A stretch of 64,000 nt of DNA. Source: Candidatus Bathyarchaeia archaeon (GTDB lineage: Archaea > Thermoproteota > Bathyarchaeia > Bathyarchaeales > Bathycorpusculaceae). The stretch lies in assembly GCA_049521795.1 (NCBI GenBank), contig JBEKOM010000001.1:352001-416000 (forward strand), given 5' to 3'. The notes beneath the pieces were generated by a model. The model was not told where the DNA came from. It did no database searches and saw only the letters and a list, made by a program, of their open reading frames with translations. This document shows positions 9,051-18,679 of this stretch, one piece after another. Within the stretch, counting starts at the first letter, position 1. Every line of letters starts with the position of its first letter. A program made the translations under genes and the position numbers.

Positions 9051-9989
9051 TTGTTGAGGAAAATGAGTAACCTGCATGAGGTCATTATCGTTGGTGGTGG
9101 ACCGGCGGGTTTAGCTGCTGCCATTCACTGTGGAACATTCGGCTTGCGTACACTCGTTTTAGAAGCAGAAGACAGGGCAGGTGGATTAGCAACAAAGATT
9201 CGCAGATTAGAGAATTATCCCGGGTTTCAAAGGAAGGTTTCTGGGCTGAGACTTACGGAGAAAATGGCACATCAAGCTGAGAAAAACGGCGCCGAACTTC
9301 ACATTTCAGAAGAGGTTACCAATCTTTCTTTGGGCAGAAAAGACAAGGTTGTCGAGACGCGAAGAGGCACTTATAAATGCAAGGCTTTGATCCTCGCGAC
9401 CGGAGATGGCATGAAAGGTATAGGAATGAAGTGGGAGACTTGGCTAGGTGCAGGTGTTGCCTACTGTGCAGAGTGCGGTGCGCCTTTCTTGAAGGGAAAG
9501 GACATTGTCGTCGTTGGCAACGTCAAAGATGCCATAGATGAAGCTCTGCGTTTAACGAGTGTAGCCAAGAATGTCAGGCTAGTTAATCACAGTAACATGA
9601 TTGAAGTTGATGAGCAGGCGAGGAAGCAGCTGGAAAAAAGGAAGATCGGTCTGATAGAGTGTTTTGAAGGGAAAGAGATCAAGGGTAGACCACCGTCTAA
9701 ACAGCTTGCGCTGCGCCACCTGAGCGGCTCTGGAAATAAGACGTTGAGAACGAACATGATTTTTGTCGTCGCAGGTGTCAAACCTTTCGTTTCAGTCTTG
9801 CGCAACGCGGGCATAGAGACTCATAGGCAAGGCTGCGTCGTCGTGGACGGGTTTGGAAGGACGAGTGTTGAAGGAGTCTTTGCAGCTGGAGGATGTGCTT
9901 CAACGATCGGAGACCTAGTGCCCGCATGCGTGGGTGATGGAGCCGCAGTTGCCACCTGTGCACGCTTATATTTAGCATACGGATGCTGA
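9051..9989 (+). CDS. Thioredoxin reductase-like FAD oxidoreductase (low-Mr type, divergent)
   Basis: GGGPAGLAAA, ENYPGF, LATG, CAEC redox motif and TSVEGVFAAG. Confidence 0.8.
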   Translation: MLRKMSNLHEVIIVGGGPAGLAAAIHCGTFGLRTLVLEAEDRAGGLATKIRRLENYPGFQRKVSGLRLTEKMAHQAEKNGAELHISEEVTNLSLGRKDKVVETRRGTYKCKALILATGDGMKGIGMKWETWLGAGVAYCAECGAPFLKGKDIVVVGNVKDAIDEALRLTSVAKNVRLVNHSNMIEVDEQARKQLEKRKIGLIECFEGKEIKGRPPSKQLALRHLSGSGNKTLRTNMIFVVAGVKPFVSVLRNAGIETHRQGCVVVDGFGRTSVEGVFAAGGCASTIGDLVPACVGDGAAVATCARLYLAYGC

Positions 9990-10022
9990 GTCTCATGCTC
10001 AACCTCAACGGATGGATAACGC

Positions 10023-10622
10023 ATGGGTAACCGTGGAATCTTCATTTGTGTTGAAGGGCTGGACGGTTGTGGAAAGACTACACAGGCAAAGCTGCTCGTG
10101 AAAAGACTGAAAGGAGACTACGATGCAGTCTACACGGCTGAGCCGAGTGACGGAAGGATTGGAAAACTCATCAAGAAACATTATCTTCACGCTGATAAGC
10201 GTGGCTCTGCTGTGGTTGAGGCTTTGCTCTTCGCCGCCGACCGTCTTGAGCACTTGAAGAGTGAGGTTCTGCCCGCTCTGGATCAAGGAAAGCTTGTGGT
10301 TTCGGACCGCTATATCTACTCGTCGTTCGCCTATCAAGGGGCGGCGGGGTTGGATTTGAAATGGATCGAGAAGATCAATGAACACGCTGTTCGCCCTAGT
10401 CTGGCACTTTTCATCGATGTCGAGCCGGAGACCGTGATTCGAAGGTTAAAGCGAAAGAGATCGGTGATGGAGAACCTTGAAACGCAGCTGAAAGTGAGGG
10501 AGATCTACCTCAGATTCGTCGACAAAGGTGCGCTTGTCAGGGTAGATGGAAACAGGTCGAAAACAGAAGTTGCGAGAGAAATCGCCTCAACGGTCAAGAG
10601 TTTCTTGAAGAAAGCCTGCTAG
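10023..10622 (+). CDS. tmk: Thymidylate kinase
   Basis: EGLDGCGKTT P-loop, LLFAADR and SDRYIYSSFAYQG. Confidence 0.95.
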   Translation: MGNRGIFICVEGLDGCGKTTQAKLLVKRLKGDYDAVYTAEPSDGRIGKLIKKHYLHADKRGSAVVEALLFAADRLEHLKSEVLPALDQGKLVVSDRYIYSSFAYQGAAGLDLKWIEKINEHAVRPSLALFIDVEPETVIRRLKRKRSVMENLETQLKVREIYLRFVDKGALVRVDGNRSKTEVAREIASTVKSFLKKAC

Positions 10623-11128
10623 GCGACTTCTTGAGCTCTCAGCACTCTTCTGGAAAACTGTGCGTTAATCTTGTCGGCTACGAAATAGGGGAGGTCCTTG
10701 TGCGACACGTACATTAATCCCTTTTCGTGGAAGACTCGCATCTGCGCGGTTTTCTTGCTAAAACTAAACCGGAGCATGTAATAGTCAAACTTCAACGGCG
10801 TTCTAGTCTCATTTCGAAGTTTGTAGTAGCGAATGACGCAGAGAAAATCCATGGTTGAGAAAAGTTTTTTCCCTATGACTTTTAGCAGTCGGTTTCGCTC
10901 TTCTTCGTCGAGATAGTTGAAGTCGTCGCCTTCGGCTACCCCAAACTCGAACATGACCGTGCACTGAGGCACTGACGGTGTGGCCACTTCTTCCAGGCTG
11001 AAGGTTCCGTTGTTTAACTTGTAAAAGGTTTCGACCAAAGCTTTTTGCAGCGTCTTCCCTGAGATTGAGGTGACAAAACGTACTGTTTTATGAACGCTTC
11101 TGGGAAAGTTGTTGTAGAAACCAAGCAT
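10619..11128 (-). CDS. Hypothetical protein
   Basis: Protein-like 169-aa ORF co-oriented with the UPF0148 gene; 4-bp convergent overlap with tmk. Confidence 0.7.
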   Translation of the reverse strand: MLGFYNNFPRSVHKTVRFVTSISGKTLQKALVETFYKLNNGTFSLEEVATPSVPQCTVMFEFGVAEGDDFNYLDEEERNRLLKVIGKKLFSTMDFLCVIRYYKLRNETRTPLKFDYYMLRFSFSKKTAQMRVFHEKGLMYVSHKDLPYFVADKINAQFSRRVLRAQEVA

Positions 11129-11143
11129 TTTCCTTGGTTCCGG

Positions 11144-11509
11144 CTAGGTTTTCCTGATCTTTCTTGTTCTTTCAAGGTTCTCAAGCAGTCCAGAAAGAGC
11201 TGTGCCCAGTTTCTGGAGTTCCTCAGGGTTCTGCTCACACTGCATCTTTTTCTGTATTTCCTGCACCTTGACCATGAGCGTGGCCTCAAGACTGTCGAGG
11301 GCTGCGGACCTTTCCATTCTGAGAGGCTCTTCCCCCTCCTTCACGACTATGACTTTCTTTTCGCATCTTCCACACCAGAGTTCTCCGCTTTTCAGCCTGA
11401 ACAACGGTGAAGCGCACACGGGACAGGCTAACTCTGTCAGGGTTGACCCTCGCCTCAGCAAGTCTGCCATTCTTTTGATGTGCGGCTCTTCAGGTTGCTT
11501 TCGGGACAA
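11144..11509 (-). CDS. UPF0148 / autoantigen p27-like Zn-ribbon protein
   Basis: MADLLRRGSTLTELACPVCASPLF...CGRCEK. Confidence 0.85.
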   Translation of the reverse strand: MSRKQPEEPHIKRMADLLRRGSTLTELACPVCASPLFRLKSGELWCGRCEKKVIVVKEGEEPLRMERSAALDSLEATLMVKVQEIQKKMQCEQNPEELQKLGTALSGLLENLERTRKIRKT

Positions 11510-11584
11510 GCTTTAAAACCTCAAACTAAATAGGTATCAAGGCCTATATAATTAGGCCATAACGATCTTTGTGAGGTGGCGTGA

Positions 11585-11863
11585 ATGGTTGGGAAGAAGA
11601 AGATGGAGGAGTACGAGGAGCGCATCAAACAGGCGATGGTCGTGCTCACCGCTGTTTCTGAAGACAACACGACGCCTAGGAACATCAGAAGGGCGGCCAA
11701 GGACTCGATGAACGCTCTGCAATCGCCAGAGTTCACGCCTGCTGTAAGGGCTTCAAACGCTGTATCGCTTATGGACGAGATCTTGCAAGACCCGAACATG
11801 CCGCCCTACACGAGAGTGAAGCTTTGGAACGTTATGAGCTTGCTGGAAGCAATAAAAGACTAG
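11585..11863 (+). CDS. UPF0147 family protein
   Basis: DNTTPRNIRRAA...DPNMPPYTRVKLWNVMSLLE. Confidence 0.9.
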   Translation: MVGKKKMEEYEERIKQAMVVLTAVSEDNTTPRNIRRAAKDSMNALQSPEFTPAVRASNAVSLMDEILQDPNMPPYTRVKLWNVMSLLEAIKD

Positions 11864-11902
11864 TGCAAATGGCTGAACGATAATTGTTTTTGGCTTAGTT
11901 CG

Positions 11903-12253
11903 GTGATCGAAATGAAAGTGTTTCCGTACAAGGACGTTGAAGCAAAAGCCGCGGATGAAGGGTCTTCAAAACTGAAAGTGAGATGGCTCATCACAAGAGA
12001 GATTGGCGCCCCAAATTTTGCCATGAGACTTTTCGAGATGGAACCTGATGGCTACAGTCCCCTGCACACGCATGGTTGGGAACACGAGGTTTTCATCCTA
12101 GAGGGCGAAGGCGTCGTGAAGGGCGACGGCGGAGAGAAGAAGTTCAAGGCCGGCGACGTTGTTTTCGTTCCATCAAACGAGAAGCATCAGTTCAGGAACA
12201 CGGGTAAGAAACTCGTGAAGTTCATCTGTGTCGTACCCTGCCATGAAGAGTGA
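11903..12253 (+). CDS. Cupin domain protein
   Basis: PLHTHGWEHEVFILEG...GDVVFVPSNEKH. Confidence 0.9.
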   Translation: MIEMKVFPYKDVEAKAADEGSSKLKVRWLITREIGAPNFAMRLFEMEPDGYSPLHTHGWEHEVFILEGEGVVKGDGGEKKFKAGDVVFVPSNEKHQFRNTGKKLVKFICVVPCHEE

Positions 12254-12346
12254 CGCAGCAGTCTCGGTTTGTTTTCGTTTTCATCTGCTCGCTAGAAATA
12301 TATCCTAGTTGCTGCATCTAGTTCTGGGTTTCAGGGGATAAGCCCG

Positions 12347-13729
12347 TTGAAGTATGATGTGATAATTGTCGGCGCGGGGCCAGCTGGGATATTCTCCGCC
12401 CTAGAACTGTCTGAAAAGACCAAGTTGAGCATTCTGATGCTTGACAGAGGGCACGACATAAATCAGCGCAAGTGTCCTGCAAGCCGGGGGTTCGAGTGCG
12501 TCAACTGTGATCCCTGCATGGTCTTGTCTGGGTGGGGTGGAGCTGGAGCCTTCAGTGACGGGAAACTCACGCTGTCCACGGAGGTCGGCGGGTGGTTGGA
12601 CCAGTATGTTTCTGTTAAGGAACTCCATGGGCTTTTGGACTATGCCGACAGTATTTACCTGAAGTATGGGGCTCCTGAGCACGTTTACGGCACTGATGCC
12701 GAGAAGATAGAAGAGATCGAACGCAAGGCATCGCTTGCGGGTTTGAAGCTTGTTCGTCAGAAGATTCGTCACATGGGCACTGAGAGATGTGCCCAAACAC
12801 TTCGAAAGATGCGGCAAGAACTGAACGGCAAGGTTGAGTTCAAACCGAGAACTGACGTGAAGGCCCTTATAGTGAAGAATAACATTGTGGAAGGCGTTGA
12901 GACTGCTAACGGCGAGAAGTATCTTGCAAAGTATGTTATCGCTGGTCCAGGAAGAAGCGGGGCTGAATGGCTTAAGACGGAGGCTCAGATTCTTGGTTTG
13001 AAGACGCTTAACAACCCTGTTGATGTCGGAATAAGGGTTGAAGTGCTAGCGTCCGTGATGGAAGACCTGACGAGCGTTCTTTATGAGCCGAAGCTCATAT
13101 ACTATTCGAAGTCTTTCGACGACCAGGTTCGAACGTTCTGCGTTGCTCCTCACGGTGAGGTCATAACCGAATCATACGACGGAGTTCTAACCGTTAACGG
13201 TCAAAGCTACGCTGAGAGAAAGACGGAGAACACGAACTTCGCCATTCTGGTGAGCACGTCGTTCACTGAGCCTTTCAAGGAGCCTATAGCGTACGGAAAA
13301 TACGTTGCTAGGCTGTGTAACCTGCTCAGCGGAAGCGTGATCATACAACGCCTCGGCGATTTGGAGTCGGGAAGAAGGTCCACTCCTGAAAGGATCGCTC
13401 GAAGTGTCGTGACTCCGACGCTGAAGAACGCGACGCCGGGTGACCTGAGCTTCGTGTTGCCCTACCGCTATCTTGCAGACATAAGAGAGATGCTTCAAGC
13501 ATTGGACAAGCTCACTCCGGGACTGCACTCGCGGGACACGCTGTTGTACGGTATTGAGGTCAAGTTCTACTCGTCAAGGCTGCAGCTGAGCCATTGTTTG
13601 GAAACGAAGATTCACAACCTCTTCACGGTAGGAGACGGAGCCGGCGTAACTAGGGGCCTGATTCAGGCTTCAGCGTCCGGAGTAATCGCGTCAACAGAGA
13701 TAGTCAAGAGGGAGCAGCAGAAGGCATAG
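12347..13729 (+). CDS. FAD-dependent oxidoreductase (COG2509-like)
   Basis: GAGPAG, CxxCxxC, GGAGAFSDGKL, VRTFC and GDGAGVTRGL. Confidence 0.85.
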   Translation: MKYDVIIVGAGPAGIFSALELSEKTKLSILMLDRGHDINQRKCPASRGFECVNCDPCMVLSGWGGAGAFSDGKLTLSTEVGGWLDQYVSVKELHGLLDYADSIYLKYGAPEHVYGTDAEKIEEIERKASLAGLKLVRQKIRHMGTERCAQTLRKMRQELNGKVEFKPRTDVKALIVKNNIVEGVETANGEKYLAKYVIAGPGRSGAEWLKTEAQILGLKTLNNPVDVGIRVEVLASVMEDLTSVLYEPKLIYYSKSFDDQVRTFCVAPHGEVITESYDGVLTVNGQSYAERKTENTNFAILVSTSFTEPFKEPIAYGKYVARLCNLLSGSVIIQRLGDLESGRRSTPERIARSVVTPTLKNATPGDLSFVLPYRYLADIREMLQALDKLTPGLHSRDTLLYGIEVKFYSSRLQLSHCLETKIHNLFTVGDGAGVTRGLIQASASGVIASTEIVKREQQKA

Positions 13730-13732
13730 AGC

Positions 13733-14485
13733 ATGGGTGTCGTAGAGGAGATAAAGTGTTCACACTGCGGCGCGCCCATAGCCTTCGAGCCAGGCGAAAT
13801 GCTGGCAACGTGCAAGTACTGCGGTTTCACCGTTGTCATAGAGACTGGGCAGCCTTTCACTTTTGAACACTCACTTTTGCTCAACAAGTACGACCCGACG
13901 CAGATCGAGGAACCGGCCAGAAGCTGGATGCGGGAGGGTTTTCTAAAACCCTCAGACCTCGCGAGGAAATCAAAGATAGTCGAGAAAGAACTGATTTACT
14001 TACCGTTCTGGGTTGTTTCAGTCGAGGCCAGAAGCAGTTACAAAGGGATTTTCGAGCGGATAACTCCTGCTGTCGAGAAGGAAGGAACAATCGAGAAAGA
14101 GTACGATTGGCTCGTTTTGGCGAGGAAGGCCACGGAGTTCCCTACTCGGGATTACGAGGTGCCGTTGGAGGGGAAAATTCCTTATGACTTCCGGAGGATT
14201 GAAGCCTTCGCCAAAGTTCTTAACAGCGAAATGGACAAGAATGGTGCTGAAGCGCAGGCAAAGCAGGAGATTGAAGGCAACCATCGATTTCTGGCTCAAC
14301 AAGACGTGGACAAGATAGTTGACATGAAGACCGATGTGAAGATAGAAGGAGCAGTCTACCTCCACGCGCCTCTATGGTTCATAAAATACGAGTACAAGGG
14401 CAAGGATTACCAGCTGATCGTTGACGGCGCAACGGGGACCGCTATAAAGGGCGACATTCCACCCGCGGGCTTCGGAATACTCTGA
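13733..14485 (+). CDS. Zn-ribbon protein (YdjG-like)
   Basis: CSHCGA...CKYCG, YLPFW and PLWFIKYEYKGKDYQLIVDGATG. Confidence 0.7.
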   Translation: MGVVEEIKCSHCGAPIAFEPGEMLATCKYCGFTVVIETGQPFTFEHSLLLNKYDPTQIEEPARSWMREGFLKPSDLARKSKIVEKELIYLPFWVVSVEARSSYKGIFERITPAVEKEGTIEKEYDWLVLARKATEFPTRDYEVPLEGKIPYDFRRIEAFAKVLNSEMDKNGAEAQAKQEIEGNHRFLAQQDVDKIVDMKTDVKIEGAVYLHAPLWFIKYEYKGKDYQLIVDGATGTAIKGDIPPAGFGIL

Positions 14486-14538
14486 TCAAACTTTAAAAGC
14501 AACGATATAACTAGTAGTCGAATAAAAACTGCGAGGAA

Positions 14539-14886
14539 ATGAAGATGAAAACTGAACGCAAGCGTTTCAGCTACGGCGTCGGAGCTCTTGCCGTCATAGT
14601 CATTTCAATCGGCATCGCCGCGATAGTCTACAGTCTCGGCATCCTTACCTTCAACGCGTACAATCTTCTTGCATGGATCATCGGCCCCTGGGGAGTGTAC
14701 ACAGTCGTTTACTCGTTTGCGGCCAGTGGCGAATCAACCTATTATCTAGTCTGGGGAACAGTGATGGTTGCCCTCAGCATCGCGTCAGGATTCTACAACT
14801 TTGTGCAACCACTGCTTGTCCTGGGAATACTGCTCATAGCTCTCGCGGTGATAGGAGTAACAGCATATTTGAAGGGTAGAAAATGA
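14539..14886 (+). CDS. Small 4-TM membrane protein
   Basis: Four hydrophobic segments; 4-bp overlap with the next gene. Confidence 0.75.
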   Translation: MKMKTERKRFSYGVGALAVIVISIGIAAIVYSLGILTFNAYNLLAWIIGPWGVYTVVYSFAASGESTYYLVWGTVMVALSIASGFYNFVQPLLVLGILLIALAVIGVTAYLKGRK

Positions 14887-15419
14887 GTGGAAAAGACTAT
14901 TTAGAAAAAGTACAGGGAGAAAAAACTCTTCTTGAGAGAATGATGAGCTACATCCCTGGATACCGAGGTTACAAGGAAAAGGAGCTGAGACGTGAAAGCG
15001 ACCGCCTTGTAAGGGCGGAAGCCGTCAGCAAACTCAAGGCCGCCAAGAACCCGATCAGAATGGCTCTTGCAAACCCAACGGTGGTTCAGAAACTTTCCCA
15101 GAGCGATGCGTACAGGATTGACGCTTTCAACTATCGTCTCGACAGAGTCACCCAGCGAATAGACAGGGCAATCGCAGGGTACGCAGGCATGTTCGACGCA
15201 GTGAAGGTCAAAGAGGACAAGCTTGATGCAACGCTCCAGTACGACGTCGGCTTGATAGAGAAGGCCGAAGAGATAAGAGCCGGCAGTGAACAAGTGGCCA
15301 AGATGCAGCCGGGAAACGATGACTGGGGAACGGCGATGGACGCGCTGACGTCCAAGGTTGAAGAATTTGACGGTTTGATCGACAAAAGGTCGGAGATGCT
15401 CAGAGCATTAGCAGGATAA
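14883..15419 (+). CDS. Conserved-looking helical hypothetical protein
   Basis: IPGYRGYKEKELRRESD motif, all-alpha coiled-coil pattern, in an operon with the SPFH gene. Confidence 0.75.
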   Translation: MSGKDYLEKVQGEKTLLERMMSYIPGYRGYKEKELRRESDRLVRAEAVSKLKAAKNPIRMALANPTVVQKLSQSDAYRIDAFNYRLDRVTQRIDRAIAGYAGMFDAVKVKEDKLDATLQYDVGLIEKAEEIRAGSEQVAKMQPGNDDWGTAMDALTSKVEEFDGLIDKRSEMLRALAG

Positions 15420-15448
15420 ACCTCGGAAGCTATAAGGAGATGAATTGA

Positions 15449-16498
15449 ATGCCAAAAGTTATTGAATGGGTCGGAGCGAGAGATGGAGACATAGTCTGGA
15501 AGTATCCCACCGAGGAGATCGGTTGGGGAGACAACCTCATAGTCCACGAGTACGAAGCCGCAGTGTTCTTCAGGGACGGAAAAGCCTACGACGTGTTCAC
15601 CGCAGGACGCCATGTCCTGTCTACGGCAAACCTTCCACTGCTGACGAAAATCCTCACGAAGATCACCGGGTTCGGCAGAACTCCGTTCACTTCTACAATA
15701 TTCTTTGTGTCGCTGAAACAGTTCCAGGGCAAGTTCGGAGCGCAAGGACAGACTAAGGAACTCGCACCTCTGAAGTTCTTCGGAGGCTTCTGGTTCAGAG
15801 TTGAAGAGATAAACCTGTTCGTGAACGAGGTGGTCGGCGGTCAGGGCCTGTTCACAACAGATGGACTGCAAGACTTCCTAAGAGGCTACTTCAACGAGAG
15901 GCTAATTGACAATCTGAGTCAGTACTCGCTTTCAGACGTTTATGGCAAGCTGGACGACACAAGTCTTCTTGCAAAGAACGTTCTGTTCGACGCCTTTCAC
16001 AGGATAGGCCTCGAACTGATCGACGTGAAGTTTGAAGGGATCGATACCACTCCAGAGTGGAGGGACAGGCTGTTCTATGTAAAGACAGGGGTAAGCGCAT
16101 CAGAGGTTCTCAGGATGGAGACGGTTCAAAAATCAAGCGAAAGCCTGTCAAAGAGTACAGGAGGAGCAGCCATCGGGGCTGGAGCAGTGCTCATTCCACC
16201 GCTGTTCCAACAACCAGCAGGTCAAGCAGGGCAGGTCATGGTAGTCTGCCCGAAATGCGGTTTCCAGAACCCCCAAACTTCAAAGTTCTGCAACAACTGC
16301 GGCGCACCGATGCAGTCAAGTGCACAGGCGGCGGCAACTGTCAACTGTCCCAAGTGTGGAACTGCAAACCCGACCACTGCGAGGTTCTGCGTCAACTGCG
16401 GAGCCCAAATGCAAGCAACTGTGAAATGTGCGAAATGCGGAACTGAGGCCCCTGTAGGGACAAAGTTCTGCCCTAACTGCGGAGCAAAACTGAAGTAG
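15449..16498 (+). CDS. SPFH/Band-7 domain protein with C-terminal double zinc ribbons (YdjI-like)
   Basis: LIVHEYEAAVFFRDGK...GRHVLSTANLP; three CxxCG-x9-FCxxCG repeats. Confidence 0.88.
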   Translation: MPKVIEWVGARDGDIVWKYPTEEIGWGDNLIVHEYEAAVFFRDGKAYDVFTAGRHVLSTANLPLLTKILTKITGFGRTPFTSTIFFVSLKQFQGKFGAQGQTKELAPLKFFGGFWFRVEEINLFVNEVVGGQGLFTTDGLQDFLRGYFNERLIDNLSQYSLSDVYGKLDDTSLLAKNVLFDAFHRIGLELIDVKFEGIDTTPEWRDRLFYVKTGVSASEVLRMETVQKSSESLSKSTGGAAIGAGAVLIPPLFQQPAGQAGQVMVVCPKCGFQNPQTSKFCNNCGAPMQSSAQAAATVNCPKCGTANPTTARFCVNCGAQMQATVKCAKCGTEAPVGTKFCPNCGAKLK

Positions 16499-16618
16499 CC
16501 AACTCCCATCTTTCACATCTATCGCTCTCATCCTCTTTCTTGCGAGTGCCAGATTTGATGCTATCATGTAACATTTTTATCTGTAACCAGTTTATGCTAT
16601 GAGAGAGCACGGTTCGGC

Positions 16619-18226
16619 ATGAGCGAGAAACTAATCGGTCACGGCACTTGGTACGATAAGATGGCCGCAAAGGTGGTGGCCAGGGAGGGGAAGCTTGGAA
16701 GAAGCTTGGACTTGGTCAGAACCGAAATGGGCATAGCTGCTTCGGGCTTCCCTCACGTGGGCAACCTGAGTGACGCGGCCAGGTCTTTTGCTGTGACCTT
16801 GGCGCTTAGAGAACAAGGCTTTAAGTCTGAACTTGTCGCTTTCAGCGATGACAAGGATGGGTTGCGAAAGGTTCCGGCTGGAATGCCTGATTCGCTGAAA
16901 GAGCACTTGGGTCGGCCTGTCACGGACATTCCTGACTTTTACGGCTGTCACGGCAGCTACGGAGAACACATGTCCCTTCTTCTGCGCGAGGCCTTGGACA
17001 AGTGCGGTATCGATTACAAGTTCATGTCTGCCACTGAAGTCTATAGGAAAGGCTTGTTCAACGAAGAGATCAGGACGATGCTTCTGGGTGCAAAGAGAAT
17101 AGGAGAAATAGTCAAGGAGGAGATCGGCCAAGAAAAGTTTCTGGAAGCTCTGCCTTACTTTGCTGTTTGTGAAAACTGCGGCCGCATATACACGACTAAA
17201 GCGTATGATTTTTTGGCAAAAGAGAACAAGATTCTTTACAAATGCGAAGGTATGGAGGTCAAGGGGCAATGGTTGCAGGGCTGCGGCCACCAGGGAGAAG
17301 TCGACTACAGAAGTGGCATGGGTAAACTCAGCTGGAAGGGCGAGTTTGCGGTTCGGTGGAAAGCCTTGGACATAAGGTTTGAAGCTTTCGGAAAAGACGT
17401 TGCCGACTCTGTGCGCGTTAACGACCGCATCTGCCGGGAGATACTGAACTGGGAGCCGCCCGTGCACGCGAAATACGAGCTGTTCTTGGGCAAGAGCGGC
17501 AGGAGGTTCTCAAAGTCGGCTGGATTCTTGTTGACACCGCAAACGTGGTTCAAGTATGGCTCTCCACAGTCGGTCATGCTTCTGTTGCTGAAACGATTCG
17601 TCGGTTCTCGTGCGTTAGACGTTACAGACATCCCGGCATACATGGACGAGCTGGACTCTCTGGAAGACGTGTACTTCGGAAAGAAGGCGGCAAAAGACGA
17701 GCGTGAACGCGCAAAGCTGGCGGGTCTATACGAGTACTGCTTTGCATTGCGCGTTCCAGCGAAACCAAGCCTGCACGTACCGTACAACTTGCTAACTTAC
17801 TTGGCAAAAGTCGCTCCTAAGGGCAGTGAGGAAGAATACGTCGTTGATAAGCTTCGAAGCTATGGCTACTTGAAACAGGGACAAACATTGGATGAGGCTT
17901 CGAGGAAACGCGTTGAGTACGCATTCAATTGGGCAAGGGATTTTGAAGAGATTAAGGAAGCATCAGTTACCTTGAAAGAAGGGGAAAGAGTTGCAGTGAC
18001 AGAGCTGGTAAAGATGCTAGCGGCTGAAGATGAACCGGAAAAAATACAGAACGCCATATTCAACGTCGCCAAGAAGCATGGTTTGCAGCCGAGCAGCTTC
18101 TTCAAGACGATATACACGGTCCTTTTAGGTGCGCCTCAAGGTCCAAGACTTGGACCTTACATAATCGCGATGGGAAAACAAAACGTGATCGCCGCTCTGC
18201 GTCGCGTTCTAGGAAGCCAAGGCTAA
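16619..18226 (+). CDS. lysS: Lysine--tRNA ligase, class I
   Basis: SGFPHVGN (HIGH), DDKDGLRKVP, GKLSWK, FEAFGKD, RFSKS and GPRLG. Confidence 0.95.
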   Translation: MSEKLIGHGTWYDKMAAKVVAREGKLGRSLDLVRTEMGIAASGFPHVGNLSDAARSFAVTLALREQGFKSELVAFSDDKDGLRKVPAGMPDSLKEHLGRPVTDIPDFYGCHGSYGEHMSLLLREALDKCGIDYKFMSATEVYRKGLFNEEIRTMLLGAKRIGEIVKEEIGQEKFLEALPYFAVCENCGRIYTTKAYDFLAKENKILYKCEGMEVKGQWLQGCGHQGEVDYRSGMGKLSWKGEFAVRWKALDIRFEAFGKDVADSVRVNDRICREILNWEPPVHAKYELFLGKSGRRFSKSAGFLLTPQTWFKYGSPQSVMLLLLKRFVGSRALDVTDIPAYMDELDSLEDVYFGKKAAKDERERAKLAGLYEYCFALRVPAKPSLHVPYNLLTYLAKVAPKGSEEEYVVDKLRSYGYLKQGQTLDEASRKRVEYAFNWARDFEEIKEASVTLKEGERVAVTELVKMLAAEDEPEKIQNAIFNVAKKHGLQPSSFFKTIYTVLLGAPQGPRLGPYIIAMGKQNVIAALRRVLGSQG

Positions 18227-18335
18227 GAGACAGTGCACGCACGGCAAGATCATGTCGGGCATAGTTTGTGAGAATTGTTTTTCTTAGCGCAAGGAATTTA
18301 TGCTCTCAACGTATATGGGTTCAAAGGTGTTCAAA

Positions 18336-18578
18336 ATGGTTGAGTCTTTCGTATTAGTCAGAGTAGGCACAAGTGAAGCTATGAATTTAACCAAGACGAT
18401 CAGAGAAGTACTCAGCAAAACCAAGGGTGTCAAAGACGTTTACGGAGTCTTTGGGCGTTGGGACTTCCTCGTCAAAGTGGAGACAAAGACGCTTGAAGAC
18501 CTGGGAAAACTAGTCACCGATTGCATAAGGGGCATCAATGGAGTAGTTTCCACAGAGACGCTGATAATAGGTTTCTAG
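18336..18578 (+). CDS. Stand-alone Lrp/AsnC ligand-binding (RAM) domain protein
   Basis: VYGVFGRWDFLVKVE...IRGINGVVSTETLI. Confidence 0.85.
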   Translation: MVESFVLVRVGTSEAMNLTKTIREVLSKTKGVKDVYGVFGRWDFLVKVETKTLEDLGKLVTDCIRGINGVVSTETLIIGF

Positions 18579-18679
18579 CAAGACTTACAGCAGACATATT
18601 TTCCACAATTTTTTTTGCGCACGAAATCTTTAGAGCAACCTCTGAATGATAGGATAACAGCAAGGAGAATGCTTGATCA

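Noticed and set aside
16240-16495. Repeated DNA (AAGTTCTGC...AACTGCGG)
   Set aside because: Explained by the three zinc-ribbon protein repeats.
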